Positions 23,592 through 31,992 of a stretch of DNA of 36,137 nt are shown here, piece after piece. The notes under the pieces are model-generated. The model did no database searches. It saw only the letters and a list, made by a program, of their open reading frames with translations, and had not been told where the DNA came from. The position numbers were made by a program, and so were the translations under genes. The stretch lies in the NCBI GenBank assembly GCA_034368785.1, contig JAXMLI010000124.1, positions 1 through 36,137 of the forward strand, written 5' to 3'. The stretch comes from Smithellaceae bacterium. Its GTDB lineage: Bacteria; Desulfobacterota; Syntrophia; Syntrophales; CAMTWB01. Positions within the stretch are counted from its first letter, which is position 1; each line of letters opens with the position of its first letter.

Positions 23592-25543
23592 TACCTGCCC
23601 TCCTCCACCTTTATTTTTTGAATATGGAGATCCGCCTTGATCTGGATTACCCGGCCATCCTCATAGGTGATGGTGGTGTCCATCCTCATATCGTCCTTGT
23701 CGTCGTAGATCGCCGTGAGAATGTCCTGGTAGCGGTTTTCCACGAAGGCCCGCCTAAATTTCCTGGTCCTGGTCAGCTCCTCGTCATCGGCGTCAAATTC
23801 CTTGAACATGTTGACGAAGCGGTGGATTTTTGCCGCCGGCTTGAGCCCCTTGTTGGCTTCCACGATCTGTTTTTCCACCAGATCATAGACCTCCCTCTTC
23901 TGGGAAAGCTCCTGGTAGCTGGTATAATTAAGTTTCTTTTCGTCCGCCCATTTCCCCACCACCGCATAGTCAATGCAGATGGCCGTGGCCATGAAGGGCC
24001 GCTGCTGACCGATTACCCAGGCGTCCTTGATGTAGGGGCTGAACTTCAGGCGGGTTTCCAGATACTGGGGGGCGAAAATGCTGTTATCACTCAGGGTCAT
24101 CACGTCGGCGGTGCGATCGAAGACCACGAGGTGGCCGTCGTCATCGATGAATCCCTTATCGCCGGAATAGAGCCAGCCGTCCCGGAGGGATTTGGCCGTG
24201 GCCTCGGGATTTTTATAATACCCCAGAAACACCGAGGGACTCCGCGAAATGATCTCCCCGTCTTCCGTTATTTTCAATTCCGTCTGGGGGATAGGCGTTC
24301 CCACCGTATCGAACTTCACATCGCCGTTGCGGTGTACGATGGAGATGCCGGCGATTTCCGTCTGGCCATAGATCTGCTTCAGATTGACCCCCATGGCGTG
24401 GAAGAAGCGGAAATGATCGGGCCCCATCGCCGCGCCGCCCGTATAGGCATTGCGGATGTTGGTCAAACCCAGGTGATCCCGCAGTTTTTTAAACACCGTA
24501 ATATGGGCCAGCCACTGGAGAAAGCTGACGTAAAAGGGAATATATTTCTTTTCGAACTTCAGATCGGCCGCATAATAACCGATCTTCATCGCCAGATTGA
24601 ACAGGCTCCGCTTAATCCAGGAGGCGTCAAGATGCTTCACCTGGACCGTCCGGGTCATCTGCTCATACATGCGGGGAGGGGCGAACATCACATGGGGCGC
24701 TATTTCCCTGATGTTTTCCTGGTTGGTCTCGGGCTCTTCGGGGAAATTGATGGTAAAACCCACCTTGAGCCCGGAAGATACGGACATCATCTGCTCGCCG
24801 ATCCAGGCAAAGGGCAGGTAGGAGACGAAGTCGTCCTCGGGATAACAGGGATCGACGGCCATCAGGTTTTCTCCCATGCAGATCATATTGGCGTGCGAAA
24901 GGAGGACCCCCTTGGGCAGGGCGGTGGTGCCGGAGGTGTAGAAGAGGAGGGCCACATCTCCGGAATTGCCTTCGGCAATCGCCCGTTCGAAGAGGCCAGG
25001 CTCCCTCTCCTCCAATTCCTTCCCCAGTGCGAGGAGATTCTTGAAACTCAACAGAATCGGATCATGATAGTCTCGCATCCCCTTGGGATCATCCCAGATG
25101 ATCCGCTTGAGCCCGGGACATTTTTCCCGGATGGCGAGGGCCTTATCCACCTCTTCCTGACCTTCGGCAAAGAGGAAAAGGGCGTCCGAATGGTTGATGA
25201 TGTAGGCCACCTCATCGAGCAGGCAGTCCTGGAATAGCCAGACGGCCACGCCGCCGGCGCACATGGTCCCCATTTCGGCCCAGAGCCCCTCGGGCCGGTT
25301 GTCGCCGATCATGGCCACCTTGTCGTCCCTTTTCAGGCCCAGGCTGACCAACCCCAGGGAAATGTAACGGACATTGTCCAGATATTGCTGCCAGGTGATG
25401 GGTCGCCAGATGCCGAACTCCTTTTCCCGGAGGGCCACCCGCTCGGCGCCGAACCTCGCGGCGGCGGCGACGAACATCTTGGGCAGGGTCAAGTTCGCGG
25501 CTGTTTCGCCCTTCACGTTGCGGTCCTTATCTTCGTGTGGCAT
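23591..25543 (-). CDS. AMP-dependent synthetase/ligase (long-chain acyl-CoA synthetase-like) embedded in the ABC operon
   Basis: 650 aa. The AMP-binding motif is LLFYTSGTTALPKGVLLSH, and YGQTE, GWLYSGDKG and a C-terminal lid are present. It overlaps livG by 17 nt and the livH start by 1 nt. Confidence 0.85.
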   Translation of the reverse strand: MPHEDKDRNVKGETAANLTLPKMFVAAAARFGAERVALREKEFGIWRPITWQQYLDNVRYISLGLVSLGLKRDDKVAMIGDNRPEGLWAEMGTMCAGGVAVWLFQDCLLDEVAYIINHSDALFLFAEGQEEVDKALAIREKCPGLKRIIWDDPKGMRDYHDPILLSFKNLLALGKELEEREPGLFERAIAEGNSGDVALLFYTSGTTALPKGVLLSHANMICMGENLMAVDPCYPEDDFVSYLPFAWIGEQMMSVSSGLKVGFTINFPEEPETNQENIREIAPHVMFAPPRMYEQMTRTVQVKHLDASWIKRSLFNLAMKIGYYAADLKFEKKYIPFYVSFLQWLAHITVFKKLRDHLGLTNIRNAYTGGAAMGPDHFRFFHAMGVNLKQIYGQTEIAGISIVHRNGDVKFDTVGTPIPQTELKITEDGEIISRSPSVFLGYYKNPEATAKSLRDGWLYSGDKGFIDDDGHLVVFDRTADVMTLSDNSIFAPQYLETRLKFSPYIKDAWVIGQQRPFMATAICIDYAVVGKWADEKKLNYTSYQELSQKREVYDLVEKQIVEANKGLKPAAKIHRFVNMFKEFDADDEELTRTRKFRRAFVENRYQDILTAIYDDKDDMRMDTTITYEDGRVIQIKADLHIQKIKVEEGR

Positions 25544-26339
25544 ACATATCCTCCTCGCCCAGGTAGGCTTTCACAACAGCAGGATTGGCCTGAATCTCCG
25601 CCGGCGTCCCTTCGGCGATCTTGTAACCGAAATTGAGGACCGACACCCGGGTGGAAATATCCATCACCACGCCCATATCATGCTCCACGAGGATGCAGGT
25701 GACCTTCCAACGCTCTTCCTGGTTGATATCGAGGATGAACCGGGCCATATCCTCCACCTCCTCCAGATTCAGCCCCGCCAGGGGCTCGTCCAGCAGGAGC
25801 AGCGTGGGATTCAGGGCCAGTGCCCGGCCCAGTTCCACCCGTTTCTGCAAACCGTAGGGAAGCATGGCCACCGTCTTATTCCGGATATGCGCGATTTCCA
25901 GGAGATCGATAATCTCCTCTTCGATAAACTCCCTGGCCTTGATCTCTTCCCGGGCGGTCTTCCCGAGATAAATAATCCCGCCCAGAATGCCCGATTTAAG
26001 ATGGATATGCCGGCCCAGGCGGATATTGTCGAGAACGGTCATCCCCCGAAAAAGCTCGAGCTTCTGAAAGGTCCGGGCAATCCCCAGCTCGGCGCGACGG
26101 TGGGGTTTCTGACCGGTAATATCTTCTCCCTGGAAACTTATCCGGCCCTGCTGGGGATGGTAGAGTCCATTAATGCAGTTCAGCATTACCGTCTTTCCCG
26201 CCCCGTTGGGTCCGATGATGGAATGAATCCCCCCGGCCTGCACATCGATGCCGACATCAGTAAGGGCCGCCACCTTGCCGAAATACATATGGATGTCGCT
26301 AACGGACAACATCGCCTCTCCCGGTCGTTCCTCCGCCAT
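25527..26339 (-). CDS. livG: ABC transporter ATP-binding protein, LivG-type
   Basis: Walker A GPNGAGKT, signature LPYGLQKRVELGRAL, and Walker B LLLLDEPLAG are present. Confidence 0.85.
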   Translation of the reverse strand: MAEERPGEAMLSVSDIHMYFGKVAALTDVGIDVQAGGIHSIIGPNGAGKTVMLNCINGLYHPQQGRISFQGEDITGQKPHRRAELGIARTFQKLELFRGMTVLDNIRLGRHIHLKSGILGGIIYLGKTAREEIKAREFIEEEIIDLLEIAHIRNKTVAMLPYGLQKRVELGRALALNPTLLLLDEPLAGLNLEEVEDMARFILDINQEERWKVTCILVEHDMGVVMDISTRVSVLNFGYKIAEGTPAEIQANPAVVKAYLGEEDMYATRR

Positions 26340-26460
26340 ATGGCCATTCTCCTTCCCTGAAAAAAATATCTTAGAAAACCCGCGCTCGACAAGATCAGCA
26401 ACAATGGGCGCTGGAGGTAATACTCTCCCTGCTTTTTTCTCTTATCTTTGTTATTGAATT

Positions 26461-26496
26461 TTCCCGTAAAGGGACAGACCCATTCCCGTAAAGGCC
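26461..26496. promoter_or_regulatory. two 12-bp perfect direct repeats TTCCCGTAAAGG spaced 23 bp apart, upstream of the liv-type operon
   Basis: The repeats lie at 26461-26472 and 26484-26495, read directly, ~125-155 bp upstream of the livG ATG. Function unknown; possibly an operator. Confidence 0.3.
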
Positions 26497-26824
26497 GGGG
26501 GATTCCTGCCTCTTGTATGGAAAAGATGGTAGTTTGTGGTGTTAAAGTAACTGCCAGGCCCGGGTCGAGAAGGAGGCCTGTGTTTCAGACAGCTGGGCGC
26601 CGAAAGAAATCACCATGAAGCGGGGATAAAGCTTCAACCTGTACAGGGGTACCAAAACAGGATCTGCGTTAGCGGGGTAGCGTGAAGAGAGAGGGGAAAA
26701 GCACCCTGAGTGTAAGAACGGCTACTGAGGAGCGGCTATATTATAGTGATTTGCCGATGTCAAGAATTTTTATAATTCCCCAATCCACAGCAATCTCATC
26801 ATTCTTCGGCAAATAACTTTATTA

Positions 26825-26852
26825 TTGACACCCAGGCGCCGAAAAATATATA
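26825..26852 (+). promoter_or_regulatory. sigma70-like promoter for the CBS-domain gene
   Basis: TTGACA at 26825-26830, a 16-nt spacer, and TATATA at 26847-26852, ~100 nt upstream of ATG 26951 (AAGGAGG RBS at 26939-26945). Confidence 0.4.
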
Positions 26853-26950
26853 GGAGGCCCTGACGGCTTCGACACCTATATCCGCTCCCCCCTCTAATTG
26901 TCTTTTTATGCGGCACCAGTCCCTGGATTACTAACGATAAGGAGGCAGCA

Positions 26951-27592
26951 ATGTACGTAAAGGACATCATGACCACAAATGTAGTGACCGTTCCCAGCAG
27001 CATGTCCATCGCGGACGCCAAGAGGATAATGATGGCCCATAAATGCCGTCGCCTACCCGTAGTGGACAAGGGAAGATTGGTGGGAATCGTGACGGAAAAT
27101 CGACTGGAACAGGTCTCCCCTTCCAAGGCCACCTCTCTTACCGTATGGGAAATGGGGTATCTCCTGGAGAAGACAACGGTAAAGGAGATCATGGAAAAGC
27201 ATGTGGTCACCGTGGAGCCCGACATGACCGTCGAGGAAGGACTGGCGATCGCCCAGAGCAACAAGGTCGGGGCGGTAGTCGTCGTGGTGGAAGGGCGGGT
27301 GGAGGGGATTATCACCACCAATGACTTTTTCTACAAGATTGCCAACAAGATCCTGGGCATTGGCGAGCCCGGGGTTCGGGTCGAGGTTACGGACGGGGGA
27401 GAGGGACCGGCCCTGGAAGAAATAATATCGGCAGTTAACAAGCACAATTTGAGGATTGTCACCCTCCATGTAATCGCCCCGCCCGACAAGGACAAAAAGG
27501 ACGTGGTGGTGCATATCGAAAGCAACAACACGGAAAAACTGGTGGAAGAGCTGCGAGGCAAGGGTTTCACCGTATCCGTCCGGAAAAGATAA
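26951..27592 (+). CDS. CBS-pair protein with C-terminal ACT-like domain (AcuB-like)
   Basis: 213 aa. There are two CBS repeats (VKDIMTTNVVTV...LPVVDKGRLVGIVT and VKEIMEKHVVTV...VVVVEGRVEGIITT), followed by a ~70-aa beta-alpha-beta tail. Confidence 0.8.
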   Translation: MYVKDIMTTNVVTVPSSMSIADAKRIMMAHKCRRLPVVDKGRLVGIVTENRLEQVSPSKATSLTVWEMGYLLEKTTVKEIMEKHVVTVEPDMTVEEGLAIAQSNKVGAVVVVVEGRVEGIITTNDFFYKIANKILGIGEPGVRVEVTDGGEGPALEEIISAVNKHNLRIVTLHVIAPPDKDKKDVVVHIESNNTEKLVEELRGKGFTVSVRKR

Positions 27593-27653
27593 ACGACTTG
27601 CCGATTGCGGATTTCGGATTGTGGATTAGAAAGCAATCCGCAATGAAGACATG

Positions 27654-27811
27654 TTGGAGGGCCACGCTCCGTCGTGGCCGCTGTGACTGAGGCCGGACGC
27701 GACAGAGCGCGTCCCTCCTGAATTCAGATATGTAGGGTGCGTTAGGCGTTTTTTTGCCGCAACGCACCGTAAAATTGGTGCGTTACGCTTCGCTAACGCA
27801 CCCTACATCTG
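27654..27811. repeat. composite repeat block: partial copy of the 119-bp MITE core plus a large GCACCCTAC palindrome
   Basis: 27654-27726 has ggagggccacgctccgtcgtggcc...ggacgcgacagagcgcgtccctcc (compare 34141-34220). 27728-27811 has atgtagggtgcgtt...ggtgcgttacgcttcgctaacgcaccctacat (compare 10664-10697). It is preceded by GATTGCG-type heptamers (27597-27650). Confidence 0.7.
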
Positions 27812-29117
27812 CATCTGACTCCACCGTCTGACGGCAATGGGTTTCCCTCGTAAAATATATCAGCGCAAAGGCGAGGAGAGACCAGAGCATCATCAGGGCG
27901 AAACCCTGCCGGTAGGCAGCCAACCCGTAAATCCTCACCCCGCCGACCATCTCGCCCCGCCAGCCGAGATCCAGGATAAGTCCCACCGCGGGCTGCAGAA
28001 TCATTGGCCCCATCATCACCCCGGCGTTGCATACCCCGGAAGCGGTGCCTCCCAGAAAGGGCGGGACCGATTCCTTTATAAACGCGAAACCCAGCACCAT
28101 CGAGCCCGAACCGAAACCGATCATGATCACGAGCACCGTCAGGAGGGCCAGGGGCAGCCCCGGGGTAAAGAGGACAACCGCCCAGCCAGCGGCAGCCACA
28201 CCGGCCCCCACCAGGTATACCGGCCGCCTTTTGCCTATCCGGTCTGAAAGGGCGCCCATGCATGGCCCCCCCGCGGCCCAGGCAATAAGGAGAGATGAGG
28301 TTATCGCGGCCCCTTCGGTGGGCGTAAGGCCGTAATGGGTGGTGAGGAAGGGCACCCCCCAGAGGCCGGAAAAGGCCAGCAGCGGACCGACGATCCCGCT
28401 GGGGGCGACAACAAGCAGCCAGGCATTGCGATAGCTGAAGATCTGACGGAGGCTCGCCAGAACCCGCGGTCGTTCCTTTTCCACCTCGGAATTATTCGGC
28501 GTCAGAAAATAACTCCGGAAGCCCTTTTCCGTTGGATCATCCCGGACCATAAGCCAGATGGCCAGCGTGAGAATAAACGTAACCAGGCCGGAGAAGAAAA
28601 ATACCGATCGCCAACCGTAGGCGTCTATCAGAAAACGGAGGGGCACCCCCGCCGTCACGGCCCCGATAACGCCGCAACAAAGCGCAATGCCCGTTACCGT
28701 GGCGAACCGGCTCGGTGGAAACCAGTGGGAGGCCAGTTTCAGCATGGCCACCCAGGCCACGGCCACGGAACCACCGATCAGGAAGCGACCAAGATTAGCC
28801 AGGTAAATGCTCGGCGCCAGGGCAAAAAGAAAGATCCCGAGGGAGGCGATCAGAGACCCCGTGGTGAGGAGTTTGCGGGGTCCCCATCGATCGGCAATGA
28901 TCCCGGTAGGAACCTGCATGGCCACATAGCTGTAGAAGTAAAAAGCCGACAGATTGCCCAGCGCCGCGGCGCCGATCTGAAAATCAAGCATCAGCAGGTC
29001 CGTCATGACTGCCGGGGCCACCCGCTGGTAAAAGCCGGTAAAGTAGAGAACAGCGCCCAGACCCCAGACCAGCCAGGCGAGATAGATCGGCGGGTAGGCA
29101 TTTGTTTTGTCGCTCAT
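27783..29117 (-). CDS. MFS transporter
   Basis: The preferred start is ATG 29117 (MSDKTNAYPPIYLAWLVWGLG); the tracked start at 29138 is TTG. There are about 12 hydrophobic segments and a G.IADRWGPRK loop motif. The last ~8 codons (DVGCVSEA) are encoded by the 27781-27811 repeat. Confidence 0.8.
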   Translation of the reverse strand: MSDKTNAYPPIYLAWLVWGLGAVLYFTGFYQRVAPAVMTDLLMLDFQIGAAALGNLSAFYFYSYVAMQVPTGIIADRWGPRKLLTTGSLIASLGIFLFALAPSIYLANLGRFLIGGSVAVAWVAMLKLASHWFPPSRFATVTGIALCCGVIGAVTAGVPLRFLIDAYGWRSVFFFSGLVTFILTLAIWLMVRDDPTEKGFRSYFLTPNNSEVEKERPRVLASLRQIFSYRNAWLLVVAPSGIVGPLLAFSGLWGVPFLTTHYGLTPTEGAAITSSLLIAWAAGGPCMGALSDRIGKRRPVYLVGAGVAAAGWAVVLFTPGLPLALLTVLVIMIGFGSGSMVLGFAFIKESVPPFLGGTASGVCNAGVMMGPMILQPAVGLILDLGWRGEMVGGVRIYGLAAYRQGFALMMLWSLLAFALIYFTRETHCRQTVESDADVGCVSEA

Positions 29118-29141
29118 GTATTTTCCTTCAATCCGCAATCG

Positions 29142-29978
29142 TCAATCTTTGAGGCGCGGATCCATGGTATCCCTGATCCCTTCGCCCAGGAGGTTGTAAC
29201 CCAGGACGGTGATGAGGATGGCCAGCCCCGGATAGAGGGAAAGCCACCAGGCGATATCGATATTGTCCTTCCCGGCGGTGAGGATATTCCCCCAGCTGGG
29301 CGTCGGGGGCTGGACGCCAATCCCCAGAAAACTGAGGGCCGATTCCGTCAGGATCGCCCCGGCCACCCCCAACGTGGCCGTGACCAGCACCGAGGCCAGG
29401 GCGTTGGGAAGGATATGGATGAAGATGATCCGGAAGTCACCGGCGCCAATCGTCCGGGCCGCCTGGACAAAATCCCGTTCCCGGAGCGAGATGAAATCGG
29501 CCCGGACCAACCTTGTAATCCCCATCCAACCGGTAAGGCCGATGATGATCATGATATTCCAGATGGACGGCTCCAGAAAGGCGATTACCGCCAGGATCAG
29601 AAAAAAGGCGGGAAAACAGAGCATGATGTCCACGAGCCGCATGATCAGGGCATCCACCCAGCGGCCATAGAAGCCGGAAATGGCCCCCAGGATCATGCCG
29701 ATCAGCACGGCAATGCCGGTGGCCACGAATCCCACCTTGAGGGATATCCTGGTGCCCCAGATCATTCTGCTCAGGACATCGCGACCAAGCTGATCCGTCC
29801 CGAAGAGATGGTCCAGCGAGGGAGGCAAGAGCATCTTCTCCAGGTTGATATCATTGGGATCATAAGGAGATATCCAGGGTGCGAGCAGGGAAACCACAAA
29901 TAGTGATACGACGACAAAGGCCCCCGCCATGGCCATCTTGTTTTCGTAAAATCTTTTTAAAAGCTCGTTTTTAATCAT
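29142..29978 (-). CDS. ABC transporter permease, OppC/DppC-type
   Basis: 278 aa with the BPD_transp_1 layout. The EAA-like loop FVQAARTIGAGDFRIIFIHILPN and C-terminal GEGIRDTMDPRLK are present. Confidence 0.85.
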   Translation of the reverse strand: MIKNELLKRFYENKMAMAGAFVVVSLFVVSLLAPWISPYDPNDINLEKMLLPPSLDHLFGTDQLGRDVLSRMIWGTRISLKVGFVATGIAVLIGMILGAISGFYGRWVDALIMRLVDIMLCFPAFFLILAVIAFLEPSIWNIMIIIGLTGWMGITRLVRADFISLRERDFVQAARTIGAGDFRIIFIHILPNALASVLVTATLGVAGAILTESALSFLGIGVQPPTPSWGNILTAGKDNIDIAWWLSLYPGLAILITVLGYNLLGEGIRDTMDPRLKD

Positions 29979-29996
29979 GATGAGACCGCCGTTCTT

Positions 29997-30086
29997 CAGG
30001 GGACACGTACCGATCCGCTTCGCGGCTTCCGGTACATGTCCCCTTTACGTACCGATCCGCTTCGCGGCTTCATATGTCCCCTCAGG
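29997..30086. repeat. hairpin repeat GGGGACACGTACCG-N17-CGGTACATGTCCCC plus a second partial unit, filling the oppB-oppC spacer
   Basis: The 13/14-bp stem lies at 29999-30012 / 30030-30043. A partial unit lies at 30046-30086. An inverted copy lies at 31079-31123. Confidence 0.75.
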
Positions 30087-31056
30087 ACACGCGGATCCTC
30101 GGATCGGCCAGGGCGTAGGAGATATCCGCCAGGAGATTGCCGATCAGGGTAAGCACCGCGCCGATAAAAAGAATTCCCATGACCACCGGATAATCCCGGG
30201 ACATGACGGACATGTAGAAGAGCTGTCCCATGCCGGGAATGGCAAAGATCGTTTCAAAAATTACACTCCCGCCGATCAGCCCGGGCACGGAGAGGCCCAG
30301 GATCGTAATCACGGGCAAAAGGGCGTTGCGCAGGGCGTGTTTGTAGATCACCATCCCTTCGCTTAGGCCCTTGGCCCGGGCGGTCATGATATAGTCCTGC
30401 CTGACCACCTCCAGCATATTGGCCCGCATGTACCGCGACAGGCCGGCCAGGCCGCCGAAGGCGGAGATAAATACCGGCAGGATCAGGTGTTTGATAAGAT
30501 CCAAGAACGCCGTCACGGGGGCCATATACTCGTAATTGAGGGACCGGATCCCGGAAATGGGCAGCCAGCCCAGATGGATGCCGAAAAATATCATGAGGAT
30601 CAGGGCCAGCCAGAAACTTGGCGTGGCAAAACCGACAAAGACGAAAATGGTAGTGGCCTTGTCGAACCAGGAGTTCTGATGGACCGCCGACAGCACCCCC
30701 AGGGGAATCGCAATGGCCATAATGAGAAACAAAGAGAGACAGTTGATCAGGATCGTAATGGGAAGCCTTTCGAGGATCTTGTCCGCCACCGGCCGCCCGT
30801 CGGGCATGAATGACCGGCCCAGGTCCAGAACGGCAAGCCGCTTCAACCAGGAAAAATACTGTTCGTGAAGGGGTTTATCCAGTTCATAGAGAACCCGGAG
30901 ACGTTCCTGCAGTTCCACCGAAGATTTGGGGTTCATCTGGGTCTGCAGATCCGTGGGGGAGCCAGGGGCCAGGCGCATGACGACAAAGCAGATCACCGTA
31001 ATTCCCAGGAGCAGAGGGATCATAAAAAGCAGGCGTTTTCCCAGGTACCTGATCAT
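30082..31056 (-). CDS. ABC transporter permease, OppB/DppB-type
   Basis: The preferred start is ATG 31056 ([21 protein letters not shown]...). The EAA loop [25 protein letters not shown] and C-terminal [10 protein letters not shown] are present. The tracked 10-codon N-terminal extension is repeat DNA. Confidence 0.85.
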   Translation of the reverse strand: MIRYLGKRLLFMIPLLLGITVICFVVMRLAPGSPTDLQTQMNPKSSVELQERLRVLYELDKPLHEQYFSWLKRLAVLDLGRSFMPDGRPVADKILERLPITILINCLSLFLIMAIAIPLGVLSAVHQNSWFDKATTIFVFVGFATPSFWLALILMIFFGIHLGWLPISGIRSLNYEYMAPVTAFLDLIKHLILPVFISAFGGLAGLSRYMRANMLEVVRQDYIMTARAKGLSEGMVIYKHALRNALLPVITILGLSVPGLIGGSVIFETIFAIPGMGQLFYMSVMSRDYPVVMGILFIGAVLTLIGNLLADISYALADPRIRVS

Positions 31057-31919
31057 GAGAGCCCCCGTCCCGGTGGGAGGGGACATGTACCGGAAGCCGC
31101 GCAGCGGATCGGTACGTGTCCCCTGAGCAGTTCATGATAGTTCTTAAGCGCCCGCTGAAGCCGCTCTCTGGTATGGGCCTCCAGGGTGATTACCGGCGCA
31201 TCCTCCCGTTCGGTCAGGGCCGCCATGAGCTTCGAAAAGGGGAAGGTCCCTTCTCCAATCGGGAGATGCTGATCCTGCGAACCGTCGTTGTCATGAAGGT
31301 GGAGCTGCCCCAGATATCCGCCCAGACGGTTCAGCCACTGCTCCAGGGGGGTCCGGGAGAAGACGTTGAAGTGACCCGTATCCAGACAGAAGCAGACCCG
31401 GGGAGAATTGAGGGCGGAGAAAAGGAGGGCGAGTTGATGAGGGTCCTTTTCATAGACATTCTCCAGGGAGATCGTGGTACTCATCTCCTCGGCGAGACGG
31501 GCAAAATGCCGCCAGGTGTCCAGGCTGTTCTCAAGCCACCGCTCTTCCGCCCCCGTGTAGTATTTGGCATCGAAAGAGGGATGACAAACCACCCTTTCCG
31601 GCTGGAACAGGGGGACGAGATCAAAGACCTGAGACAGCCGGTCCATCGTTACCCGGCGGATCTTCGGATCCAGGGCGCCGGGACGCAGATCCAGAAAGGG
31701 GGCGTGAAAGGTAATCCGCCGTCCCGCCTCCCTCAGACGCCGGGCCACCTCAATATAATCCTCTCTTTTCGTTTCATCCAGCGTTGTCTGATTGAAACCT
31801 ATTTCGGGGTTCAGCCCCTCCGAGATCACCACGGACAGGTGATCGTCCCTAAGGAGCCCGAAGGGCACATGCACCTGGGGATTTTCTTTTCGTTTGTCCA
31901 TGATCTCCCGCTTGTTCAT
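31053..31919 (-). CDS. sugar phosphate isomerase/epimerase (xylose isomerase-like TIM barrel)
   Basis: The preferred start is ATG 31919 ([13 protein letters not shown]...). [18 protein letters not shown] and HLHDNDG motifs are present. The last ~24 codons ([24 protein letters not shown]) read through the hairpin repeat. The TGA overlaps the oppB ATG (ATGA). Confidence 0.75.
   Translation of the reverse strand: MNKREIMDKRKENPQVHVPFGLLRDDHLSVVISEGLNPEIGFNQTTLDETKREDYIEVARRLREAGRRITFHAPFLDLRPGALDPKIRRVTMDRLSQVFDLVPLFQPERVVCHPSFDAKYYTGAEERWLENSLDTWRHFARLAEEMSTTISLENVYEKDPHQLALLFSALNSPRVCFCLDTGHFNVFSRTPLEQWLNRLGGYLGQLHLHDNDGSQDQHLPIGEGTFPFSKLMAALTEREDAPVITLEAHTRERLQRALKNYHELLRGHVPIRCAASGTCPLPPGRGLS
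31079..31123. repeat. inverted copy of the GGGGACA.GTACCG hairpin repeat, lying inside the 3' end of the isomerase ORF
   Basis: ggggacatgtaccggaagccgcgcagcggatcggtacgtgtcccc, the reverse-orientation homologue of 29999-30043. Confidence 0.75.
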
Positions 31920-31992
31920 TAATATATTCCCCTTATCCAGACTGGATCGTCTACCACAAGGGGTTGTTTTTGACAATTGCCTTTTTCGGCGC

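Noticed and set aside
26530-26740. Assignment of the GC-rich intergenic segment to a known riboswitch or ncRNA. The partial strings GCGCCGAA (glycine-like) and CGGGGTAGCG (yybP/Mn-like) caught my eye.
   Set aside because: Only isolated 8-10-nt resemblances are present. The other conserved blocks and helices of those classes are absent, and the neighbouring genes do not fit. It is reported as unassigned instead.
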